IMG/VR virus record: IMGVR_UViG_3300045988_033451 | Length of the DNA: 60,779 nt | DNA from: a virus | Strand: one strand, 5' to 3' | Part shown: positions 34,892 through 42,361 of the stretch, one piece after another | How the letters are laid out: each line of letters opens with the position of its first letter | Numbering within the stretch: position 1 is the first letter of the stretch | Position numbers and translations under genes: made by a program | Notes under the pieces: model-generated | What the model was told of the DNA's origin: nothing | Seen by the model: only the letters and a program-made list of their open reading frames with translations | Databases searched by the model: none

Positions 34892-34933
34892 CAACGTTTG
34901 AGCATTGCGCCCGGTTCGATTTCGGGCGGTTGC
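34891..34933 (+). ncRNA. T-arm/acceptor-like minihelix element 3
   Basis: GCAAC...GTTGC outer stem stacked on CGCCCGG-TTCGATT-TCGGGCG. The loop matches the tRNA T-loop consensus. Confidence 0.4.
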
Positions 34934-35053
34934 ATTTGTTCTTGAAATAATAATAAAAAGGTGTATAATATGTATAATTTCTGCTATTGCAGATAATAAC
35001 ATATATCTTTATTTTGAGGACGCAAAAAATAAAACAAAATGGAGGTATACAAA

Positions 35054-35299
35054 ATGGAAAATTTGACACAGAAAGAAATGGAAGCTATCAAAAAAGCACT
35101 TGAAGAATTGGGATATTCAGAAATTGCGAAAAACTCAGACGACATGGCGCGCTGGTATGATGATGGGACTATAAGCATTAACACCGCTCGGAATGGTCGC
35201 GCTGTTGCTTGGGTGCTTCTTGAATCTTCCGAAAAGGCGTTATATGTCGACACGCTCGAAGAGTTGAGTGAAAAAGAAATAATCGATCAATTATGCTAA
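35054..35299 (+). CDS. Small ORF P7 (81 aa)
   Basis: TGGAGGTA RBS. Confidence 0.55.
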   Translation: MENLTQKEMEAIKKALEELGYSEIAKNSDDMARWYDDGTISINTARNGRAVAWVLLESSEKALYVDTLEELSEKEIIDQLC

Positions 35300-35304
35300 T
35301 TCAA

Positions 35305-35327
35305 AGCCGGGAAACCCCGGCTTTTTG
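35305..35327 (+). terminator. Rho-independent terminator of the rightward operon
   Basis: AGCCGGG-AAAC-CCCGGCT hairpin followed by TTTTT. Confidence 0.7.
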
Positions 35328-35334
35328 TCGTACC

Positions 35335-35363
35335 TTGACAATTTGACGACATAGGCATATTAT
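35335..35363 (+). promoter_or_regulatory. Near-consensus promoter (TTGACA-17-TATTAT) firing into an ORF-poor region
   Basis: TTGACA at 35335-40, a 17-nt spacer, TATTAT at 35358-63. Confidence 0.5.
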
Positions 35364-35507
35364 AGCCTTAATTATATCTATAGCGCTTTTATATGCCTTG
35401 TATGGTTCGCGTGGCTCTGTGAGCGTTCTACGCGTTAAGAAGTGTAAATATTCGCATGTGATAGGATTTAATTTACGCGCCTTGAAATTCTGCAACCACG
35501 CCCGGAC

Positions 35508-35716
35508 AGATCAGCAAGACAGACACCCGGAGAAGTGCGCCCGGATTCCATATGCCGGAGCATGGCGGAAGATCAGGACACCAAACCGGCGCAGCGGTAT
35601 ATCCGGAATTTGTGCAACATGTCGGCGATCTGCAAAAGATCAGCGCAAACGATCAGCACGCACCCGGACAGGTCCCGGAGTGAATCGCCCAAGATCAGCC
35701 AGCCGGCGAAGATCAG
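35508..35716 (+). repeat. Cluster of six direct (A/C)GATCAG heptamers plus one inverted GATC site within 210 bp
   Basis: Copies at 35508, 35570, 35637, 35650, 35692 and 35710, with the inverted site at 35627. The local sequence is GC-rich. Confidence 0.7.
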
Positions 35717-35920
35717 AAAAACAGGCAGAAAAATTGTGAAATCGTGAAATTTCCGACCGAAATCTGCGAAAAAATTTTTTGATGGTCGTGGGAATATTTA
35801 GGAAACAGTGGGGCGTTCAAATCCTGCCAGAACCTAAAATTGAAAATCGAAAATTTTTTGAAAAAATTCTGAAAATTATTTTTCTTTAGTCTCTGTAATT
35901 TCTCATAACATAGGGGGATA

Positions 35921-36076
35921 TTAAATTCTCGTAGACCCATCCACAACATTTTGAAATCCAAAAATCAAAGCTCTCGCAGAATACTCACACTTTCCTAATT
36001 CTTCTATCAGCTTATCACGTGTCATTTCCGGGTTCGTCCGTTTTACATATTTAAGCATTTCGTCTATCTTATCCAT
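35921..36076 (-). CDS. Small hypothetical protein (51 aa)
   Basis: GGAGAG RBS before MDKIDEMLKYVKRT. Confidence 0.4.
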   Translation of the reverse strand: MDKIDEMLKYVKRTNPEMTRDKLIEELGKCEYSARALIFGFQNVVDGSTRI

Positions 36077-36395
36077 ATCTTCTCTCCAATACATTGTGTA
36101 AAATATCGTCAGCAAGGTATATAATATCCCTACCATATAGCGACATAAAATCTGCGATTATCTCTTCTGTCGGCATATCAATATGGCAATCATAAGAGAA
36201 CGAATAACAATGCACTAATTCATGGCACAGAACCTTGTTTGTCATGTAATCAGACATACCTTTTGCTATGCTAACCGTCTTAGTGTTTCCGTCGGTAACG
36301 CCTAACGTATATACGCCATCCGAACGCCGCAATTCTTCACTGTTTGGGCGTACAAATTGTAATATCCAATTTTCTCCATTGATTTTAAATACCAT
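36069..36395 (-). CDS. HExxH metallopeptidase-like protein (ImmA/IrrE or SprT-like)
   Basis: CHELVHC motif, 108 aa. Confidence 0.5.
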   Translation of the reverse strand: MVFKINGENWILQFVRPNSEELRRSDGVYTLGVTDGNTKTVSIAKGMSDYMTNKVLCHELVHCYSFSYDCHIDMPTEEIIADFMSLYGRDIIYLADDILHNVLERRYG

Positions 36396-36445
36396 GTTTA
36401 TACCTCAAATAAGGCTATGAGCATTACACCCATAGCCTGTGTAAA

Positions 36446-37117
36446 TTACATCTTGCTTACAAGAGTTGTGAGCTTTGACTTCGCCATATTCATTTCTTCT
36501 TGTGACATACCGGACATCAAATCTGTAATGTCTGCTGAAAGTTCCTTCATGTACTTTTCAAGGTCACGCATCTTTGCTTCCTTGTCCTGCGGCGTATTTG
36601 AGCGGTGCATTTCCTTAGTCTCCGTGTAATTACGCTTTGCGCGGTCGTAATTACTCTCGCTCATTCTTACGTCGTGCATACCGGTCCCACGATCATCGTG
36701 GATTCCTGTTTCGGTATAGTGCATACGACCTCTTGTTTCGCGATCCATGTCCCGGTACATTTCCGGTGTCATGCGATATACCGGCTCCATATATCCACGC
36801 TGATACGTTCCGTGTCCTTTTGGTGCAAATCTGCCATCAGCATATCTGTAATGATCGTAGAATCTCTTACCGGCTTCATCACCAAATTCTTCTTTCAGTT
36901 CGCGAAGCAGAATCTTGTCATACTCTTCTTCCTCTTTCTTGGATTCATCCATAGACTTTGTGATTGTGGCGCGATACTCTGCTTCTGCAAGATCCTTAAT
37001 CATGTCTACTACTTCTCCCATTTCGCAAGTGTCAACATTCTCGATTCCTTTTTCAAGTTCGTTCAATGCTTTTTCTGTCAAAATTTCCTGCATTTTGTGC
37101 ATTCTTACAATATGCAT
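36446..37117 (-). CDS. Charged hypothetical protein
   Basis: GGAGGT RBS before MHIVRMHKMQEIL. Rich in Glu, Lys, Arg, Tyr and Met. Confidence 0.5.
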   Translation of the reverse strand: MHIVRMHKMQEILTEKALNELEKGIENVDTCEMGEVVDMIKDLAEAEYRATITKSMDESKKEEEEYDKILLRELKEEFGDEAGKRFYDHYRYADGRFAPKGHGTYQRGYMEPVYRMTPEMYRDMDRETRGRMHYTETGIHDDRGTGMHDVRMSESNYDRAKRNYTETKEMHRSNTPQDKEAKMRDLEKYMKELSADITDLMSGMSQEEMNMAKSKLTTLVSKM

Positions 37118-37129
37118 ACAGATCACCTC

Positions 37130-37552
37130 CTACGCTTCACGAACAACAATTAAATTGCTGTTCTGCGCTTGAATAGCCTGTGTCGAAGTATTCTGCACAG
37201 CTACCGTACTGCAACATCCGCAATCCACATCAATATATGTCTGTGCCGATACATTAAACAAATTCTCAACTGCTGCCGGGGTTACAACCATTCTTGTTGA
37301 TTGTAAAGGCTCGCCATCTACCGCAAGCGCAAGTGAGATAGATTCTACTGTACCGCCTGTTGGAATCTGAACATTTCCGGAATACGATGCAAGGAATCTC
37401 GCTCTGCACTGATTTGTGATTCCTCTCAACTTGACAATTCCACTTCCCTGTCTATGAACAATGCACTTTGAACCGCATACCGGCGTTTCTGTCAAAGCAA
37501 CATCTTCTCCGGCGGCAACAGTCTGTAATGCAATTCCTGTAAATTCTGCCAT
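37130..37552 (-). CDS. BclA-C-terminal/C1q-like jelly-roll protein candidate (spore-surface-type fold)
   Basis: The sequence pattern (...IVHRQGSGIVKLRG...FLASYSGNVQIP...ISLALAVDGEPLQSTRMVV...TVAVQNTS...NLIVV) resembles exosporium BclA-CTD-type domains as I recall them. Confidence 0.4.
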   Translation of the reverse strand: MAEFTGIALQTVAAGEDVALTETPVCGSKCIVHRQGSGIVKLRGITNQCRARFLASYSGNVQIPTGGTVESISLALAVDGEPLQSTRMVVTPAAVENLFNVSAQTYIDVDCGCCSTVAVQNTSTQAIQAQNSNLIVVREA

Positions 37553-37566
37553 AATAATATACCTCC

Positions 37567-37779
37567 TTACTTCAATTCACTTATTGACTTTGAGACATTG
37601 GCTTCAGAATCGACTTTACCTGATTTAAGAGTTTCAACCAAAGCCTCCATATAATCTTTTTTTGAAAGCTTATCTATCGTTTCCGTGATTTCAGAAACAG
37701 TTTTAAGCTCATTTACACTAAGTTTTTCGAAATCAATCTTTTTGATCGCTTCGATAAATTTCTCTTTGATTTCGTCCAT
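37567..37779 (-). CDS. Small helical hypothetical protein
   Basis: ORF with an RBS. Confidence 0.45.
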   Translation of the reverse strand: MDEIKEKFIEAIKKIDFEKLSVNELKTVSEITETIDKLSKKDYMEALVETLKSGKVDSEANVSKSISELK

Positions 37780-37799
37780 GTTGTTACCTACCTATCCAT

Positions 37800-37838
37800 A
37801 AAATAAAGGGCAAACATTATAGTCTGCCCTTGTTTTAT
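37800..37838. terminator. Bidirectional hairpin terminator
   Basis: AAGGGCA...TGCCCTT stem with T runs on both strands. Confidence 0.55.
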
Positions 37839-37905
37839 AGGTAATACTGCATAGCAGACATAATCGAGTTAAACTCAATTAAGATACTCAATTATTTTGT
37901 TGTAA

Positions 37906-38688
37906 TTAGCATCCGCAACTCTGATTGCATCCGCATCCGTATGGTACATATGTGTTTGGGTTAGGAACAACATATGCCGGGATTGCTGATGGGTTTACAG
38001 AATTGATAATCTGCTGTGTCTGTGCCGCCATCTGAGTTGTAAGCAGTGCGCTCTGACGATCCTGTGAAGCTGCTCTGCGCAGGTCGTTATTCTCTGCTTG
38101 TAATGAAGAAATTTTTTCATTGCAGAGATAATCAAGAATAGCTCTCGTTCCTGCCTGCTGGCTGTCGATGATGTCTCTTGTGTTGCTGTTCATTGTGTTC
38201 TGCAATGCGCAAGTGTTGGTTGCCATATTGTAGTTAACACCCTGAATAGCTTCACGAGTTTCACAGCAGCAGTTTGCAAGCTGTGTCTGCAATGCATTTG
38301 TGTTCTGCATGTTTGCGATTGTGTCAGCGTTGATTGCCTGCTGGATTCCATAACCTGTCTGCATAATATTGGTGTTGATTCCGTTGAATCCTGTAAGCAT
38401 ACTGTTGTTTACAGCGTAGAATCCATCACACAGACCGTTTGTGATTCCGTCAAGCTTTGAAATTACCGCCTGATTGTCGAATCCGCGCTGAATTGCGCTG
38501 TCTGTATAAGCGGCGGCTGTAGAACCCATTCCATTTCCATTTCCCCATCCGTTGTTGCCAAAACCGCCCCAACCGAAGATAAGAAGAATGACAATCCACC
38601 ATGCGCCATTGCCCCACATACCGTCGTTGTCTCTGTTGTTGCCTGTTACTGCCGCAATGTCGGCAAGGCTAACTCCGTTGTTAAACAT
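37906..38688 (-). CDS. Membrane-anchored Gly/Asn/Trp-rich, Cys-rich protein
   Basis: TM segment WWIVILLIFGWGGFGNNGWGNGNG. Internal CCC. The C-terminus is YGCGCNQSCGC. Confidence 0.55.
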   Translation of the reverse strand: MFNNGVSLADIAAVTGNNRDNDGMWGNGAWWIVILLIFGWGGFGNNGWGNGNGMGSTAAAYTDSAIQRGFDNQAVISKLDGITNGLCDGFYAVNNSMLTGFNGINTNIMQTGYGIQQAINADTIANMQNTNALQTQLANCCCETREAIQGVNYNMATNTCALQNTMNSNTRDIIDSQQAGTRAILDYLCNEKISSLQAENNDLRRAASQDRQSALLTTQMAAQTQQIINSVNPSAIPAYVVPNPNTYVPYGCGCNQSCGC

Positions 38689-38768
38689 ATTAGTTTACCT
38701 CCATTTGTTTATTTACAAATAGGGAACCGTGGTTTTTGTTGTCCGGACAAAACCCTAATATGCACTAT

Positions 38769-38999
38769 TTATCTAAGCATTTGATTTATGTCGTTCATGC
38801 TTATTCCATTTTCACCCATAAAGTTATTAAGTGTTTGCTCCACTCCAGCCATATTGCCGGATTGGATGTTCTGCAAAATTCCGCTCGCCATTTGATTTCC
38901 TTGACTTGCCGCATTCTGCAATGCTTGCATAGCCGCCCGTTGCGGATTTCTGATTGCTTTTAATTTATTTATTGCTTGCATAATTCCTTGATTCATCAT
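38769..38999 (-). CDS. Small Gln/Asn/Met-rich protein
   Basis: ORF. Confidence 0.45.
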   Translation of the reverse strand: MMNQGIMQAINKLKAIRNPQRAAMQALQNAASQGNQMASGILQNIQSGNMAGVEQTLNNFMGENGISMNDINQMLR

Positions 39000-39033
39000 A
39001 AAACCACCATCCTATTTTTAGACTAAACTTGGA

Positions 39034-39519
39034 CTAATCTTGACTAACTTTTGTTCTTGCGTTAGTCTTAGTCGAAGATTTTTCGTCTATTTTCTTTTCC
39101 AACTCTTCAATCTTTGAAAACAGGGTATCAAAGTGCTTGTTAAATACCTCTGTGGCTTCGTCTGATAGCCCTATTTTCAATTTTTCTGTATCTTGTGATA
39201 ACTTGTTAGGGTTATCATTTTGAATCGGTTTAAAAACCATTGTAGAGATTGTTCCATCTGCGCTCCATTGCTTCGCGTAAATCTCCGACAAGTCACTCTT
39301 TGGGAAAAATGCAACGCTTCCATTCATCGGAACATCATTGGCAACGATAGAATCTTGTGACTGCACGACTTTACCGAATATTCCCTGTTGAATCTGCTCC
39401 GGCTGTTGCTGTTGCTGGAATCTCTGAATGTTCTGCATAGGGTTATACGCCTGTTGATATTGTTGATACTGTGGCGCATAACTATTCACCTGTGGCATCT
39501 GATACGGATTCATCTGCAT
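39034..39519 (-). CDS. Protein with a Gln/Tyr/Pro-rich N-terminus
   Basis: MQMNPYQMPQVNSYAPQYQQYQQAYNPMQNIQRFQQQQQPEQIQQ... followed by a globular part. Confidence 0.55.
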   Translation of the reverse strand: MQMNPYQMPQVNSYAPQYQQYQQAYNPMQNIQRFQQQQQPEQIQQGIFGKVVQSQDSIVANDVPMNGSVAFFPKSDLSEIYAKQWSADGTISTMVFKPIQNDNPNKLSQDTEKLKIGLSDEATEVFNKHFDTLFSKIEELEKKIDEKSSTKTNARTKVSQD

Positions 39520-39643
39520 TTTGCTTTTCCTCCTCGTCCATAATGCTTTCGATCGCGTGAACGACCGCCGATTGTGTATTTAAGTCCAGCGTCATAATTG
39601 CTGGATGCGAAAATATTTTTGTTAAAATCTCGTCCGTAAACAT
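39482..39643 (-). CDS. Small hypothetical protein (53 aa)
   Basis: AAGGAG RBS. Below the track cut-off. It overlaps the start of the next gene. Confidence 0.35.
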   Translation of the reverse strand: MFTDEILTKIFSHPAIMTLDLNTQSAVVHAIESIMDEEEKQNADESVSDATGE

Positions 39644-39676
39644 AGATCATCACTCCTTTATGATTTAATTGTGACA

Positions 39677-39699
39677 TAAAAAAAGACGGAATATCCGTC
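39677..39699 (-). terminator. Rho-independent terminator
   Basis: GACGG-ATATT-CCGTC hairpin followed by T7 on the minus strand. Confidence 0.55.
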
Positions 39700-39737
39700 A
39701 GTTTTCCGTCTTAAAACCTTTAGATTTCCGTCATAAA

Positions 39738-39761
39738 ATAAAAAAAGATGCAAAACGCATC
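39738..39761 (-). terminator. Rho-independent terminator
   Basis: GATGC-GTTTT-GCATC hairpin followed by T7 on the minus strand. Confidence 0.55.
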
Positions 39762-39904
39762 ATTCTATTACAGGTGTTACCATATTCAAAAAGTGTTACC
39801 TATGGTGTTCACTCTTGATTTTATGGAGAAAAATAAGCGACATACAATTTTCTCCTTTCCTAGTAAAATCAAGGCTTCCCAAGGATTTTCATTTAATTAA
39901 AAAA

Positions 39905-39928
39905 GTAGCGGAAGGGGGATTTGAACCC
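39905..39928 (-). other. attP core candidate resembling a tRNA 3' end (GGGTTCAAATCCCCCTTCCGCTAC)
   Basis: T-loop plus 3' acceptor strand only, with no 5' half. It lies 40 nt downstream of int. GTGTTAC-type repeats are at 39774, 39793, 39805, 39981 and 39990. Confidence 0.55.
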
Positions 39929-39967
39929 TTTCACTATTCCTTTATCTGCGCATAAATGCTATGTTTT

Positions 39968-41215
39968 TCAGGATTTAAAAGTGTTGCCCGTGTTACCTTT
40001 TCGGCATAAAGCGTTCACAACAAGTTCTTTTACTTCATCTCTTCCGTGATTGTTGAAGTAATAATATTTTTTCGTTGTCTCTATGTCCTCATGCCCCATT
40101 TGATTCTCAATCACGCTATCAGGAACGTTTGCATCAATTAACTTCGTTGAATATGTTTTTCGTATTTTGTGAAGTGATCTCTGCTTAATTCCCAATTTGT
40201 TACATATCCGATACAGTTTTCTCGAAAACAAATATCCCTTGATGCGCTGTCCGTCTTTGAAGAATAGATAATCATTAAACGGATTCAACGCTCGAATACG
40301 CTTAATAATCATTTTCGCTTCCGGTGTCAAATACACAGTTCTGTACCCGGCTTTTGTCTTAGGTGCATCCCTTACATCAAAAACATAGTTTCCATCTTCA
40401 TCACGATATCTAATTTCCGTCTTAGTGATTGATATAGAATCTTCTTTTACATCTTTCCACATGAGGGCGGATAATTCTCCCGATCGTAGCCCGGTTTGGA
40501 ATGTAAGCAAAATTCCAAGTCCAAGTAAAGAATCTCGCTCCGCATTTATGCACCATTCAATCTTCGCTTCTTCGGAATCCGTAAAAACTTGTTCTTCGCT
40601 TGAAGTGTAGGTTTTCTTGAAAGATTTATCAGAAATCTCCAAATCTCCAATAAATGATGTAATGCTTATCGAAGTAAGTCCTCGCTTTTTTCCACGCTTG
40701 AATATTCCGTTTATGAGCGTTCTAAGATTTCCCCACGCTTTTGATGTAAGCTGTTTCTCTTTGATCGTCGTCCGAATAAAATCTTCCAGATCATCTTCTG
40801 TGATATATCTGAATTTTATCTGCGCAATATGAGAATTTTTAATATATTTAATAAAATCTGTTTTGTATCTATCTGCTGTTTGCTTTTCTATTTCTCCGTA
40901 TTTAAGCTTTCTATCTAACCATTCATCAAATACGTCATCTATATAAGGCTCGTTTTCTTGTTCCTTATAAAACTGAACAATAGCATCATTCAATGCCTGT
41001 TCTGTTGTTCTCTTTATCAACCTCTTTCCTCTGCTATATTTTTCGTCTGGCAGATATGTATAAAACTTTCCGTCTTTACTCTGCCAGATGCTATAATTGT
41101 GATTTTCAATGTACCGATTTCTTTCGTTCATTTCAATCTTTTGTTGTATGTCGCTTACGTCGATAATACCATTTTCGATAGCGAAATTCAACAATTCTTT
41201 GTCGGAAAGTTCCAT
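39968..41215 (-). CDS. int: Tyrosine integrase
   Basis: AGGAGG RBS before MELSDKEL. The C-terminal catalytic region contains ...HKIRKTYSTKLIDANV...MGHEDIETTKKYYY. Confidence 0.85.
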   Translation of the reverse strand: MELSDKELLNFAIENGIIDVSDIQQKIEMNERNRYIENHNYSIWQSKDGKFYTYLPDEKYSRGKRLIKRTTEQALNDAIVQFYKEQENEPYIDDVFDEWLDRKLKYGEIEKQTADRYKTDFIKYIKNSHIAQIKFRYITEDDLEDFIRTTIKEKQLTSKAWGNLRTLINGIFKRGKKRGLTSISITSFIGDLEISDKSFKKTYTSSEEQVFTDSEEAKIEWCINAERDSLLGLGILLTFQTGLRSGELSALMWKDVKEDSISITKTEIRYRDEDGNYVFDVRDAPKTKAGYRTVYLTPEAKMIIKRIRALNPFNDYLFFKDGQRIKGYLFSRKLYRICNKLGIKQRSLHKIRKTYSTKLIDANVPDSVIENQMGHEDIETTKKYYYFNNHGRDEVKELVVNALCRKGNTGNTFKS

Positions 41216-41415
41216 GCAGACACCTCCTTCCATTTGCGTTTTATTTCCCTGACAGTTCTTTCAACTGTGCTTACAGATATGCTTAATTTGTACGAAACTT
41301 CCTTCTGTGTGCTTCCCCGGCACAACATTCTAAAAATCTGTTCTTCTTCGTCCGTAAAGTTTGCTTTAGTAAGAATCCCCTCAATTTCCGGCTTAGTAAG
41401 TCTACTAAACTTCAT
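41188..41415 (-). CDS. Small sigma70-r4/LuxR-type HTH protein
   Basis: LTKPEIEGIL...QIFRMLCRGSTQKEVSYKLSISVSTVERTVREIKRK. Confidence 0.55.
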   Translation of the reverse strand: MKFSRLTKPEIEGILTKANFTDEEEQIFRMLCRGSTQKEVSYKLSISVSTVERTVREIKRKWKEVSAWNFPTKNC

Positions 41416-41429
41416 AAGCCATTTCTCCT

Positions 41430-42038
41430 TTAATATTTAATAAATAATGCCTTGTTACTCTTTCTTAGATAGTCTCTGTTTGCTTTCTTTGCTTTTTCGC
41501 AATTCATCTGATAGTGAATTTCGCAAATTTTATATCCGTCTTTAACAGGTCGGTCGCACCAAATGCACAATCCGCCTTTCTCTCTTTCATCTCTTAATGT
41601 TTTAGGTTTTGTCCTGCTGTTCTTTTTATTCCGGCAATTATTACATGTAACGTATCTTTTTTCTTTATTTGTTTTACCACAAACAGGGCATAAACCCTGT
41701 TCTTTTCTCCTGTCATAAATAGATTTATGATAGGAAGATATAGAATTGTTATACGATTCCCTATCTAATTCTCTTTTTAATTCTGCTTTTTCTGCATCCT
41801 TCGCTCTGCATTCAACGCATGTTTTTTCTTGCCCCATGAGCTTATTCCTTTTACAACGAGGGCAATATCCATGATTTCTATACCAATTTCGTGTCTCCGT
41901 TTGATATATAACGTCTTTTTTGGCACATTCAGAACACACTGCTTTATTGGGACGATCATTGATTTTCCCACATTGGCCGCATCTTCCCTCTGCAATATTT
42001 TTATGATATGCACTACTCATAGTTTTAAAGGATAGCAA
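41430..42038 (-). CDS. Multi-zinc-ribbon protein
   Basis: At least five CxxC pairs in repeating modules. Confidence 0.55.
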   Translation of the reverse strand: MLSFKTMSSAYHKNIAEGRCGQCGKINDRPNKAVCSECAKKDVIYQTETRNWYRNHGYCPRCKRNKLMGQEKTCVECRAKDAEKAELKRELDRESYNNSISSYHKSIYDRRKEQGLCPVCGKTNKEKRYVTCNNCRNKKNSRTKPKTLRDEREKGGLCIWCDRPVKDGYKICEIHYQMNCEKAKKANRDYLRKSNKALFIKY

Positions 42039-42088
42039 ATCGCGATTTATTGTCCGGACAAATCTATCTGCCTCCTTTCTCTGAATTT

Positions 42089-42325
42089 TTACTTCTTCTT
42101 TCGCATAACTAACTCGTAATCGGTATCCGGGTATGTGATTCGATACTCTGTACGCTTTCCATGTTCATCTTTCATATTACCGACAAACCAAGCAAAAACC
42201 GAAGAAATAACATCTTCTGTGACATCTGTTTTTGTTCCAACCCACATGCCTTTATCGGTGTCTTGGGTGCCATAAAAAATTTTGTTTGTGATTGGACTTA
42301 CTCCAAATCCTTTTTTTCTTGCCAT
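42089..42325 (-). CDS. Hypothetical protein
   Basis: AAAGGAG RBS before MARKKGFG. Confidence 0.5.
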   Translation of the reverse strand: MARKKGFGVSPITNKIFYGTQDTDKGMWVGTKTDVTEDVISSVFAWFVGNMKDEHGKRTEYRITYPDTDYELVMRKKK

Positions 42326-42361
42326 CTTCAAAACTCCTTTCTTAATCATCATACATAAGCA

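Noticed and set aside
34353-34933. Interpreting the T-loop-containing minihelices as genuine tRNA genes or as attP sites
   Set aside because: They lack D and anticodon arms and have 5-bp acceptor-like stems. The integrase-proximal tRNA 3'-end mimic at 39905-39928 is a far better attP candidate.
35398-35747. Arg-rich ORFs (113 and 70 aa) in the GC-rich region
   Set aside because: They have no RBS and an extreme basic composition. The ORFs are generated by the GATCAG/CCGG-rich repeats, so the region is treated as non-coding.
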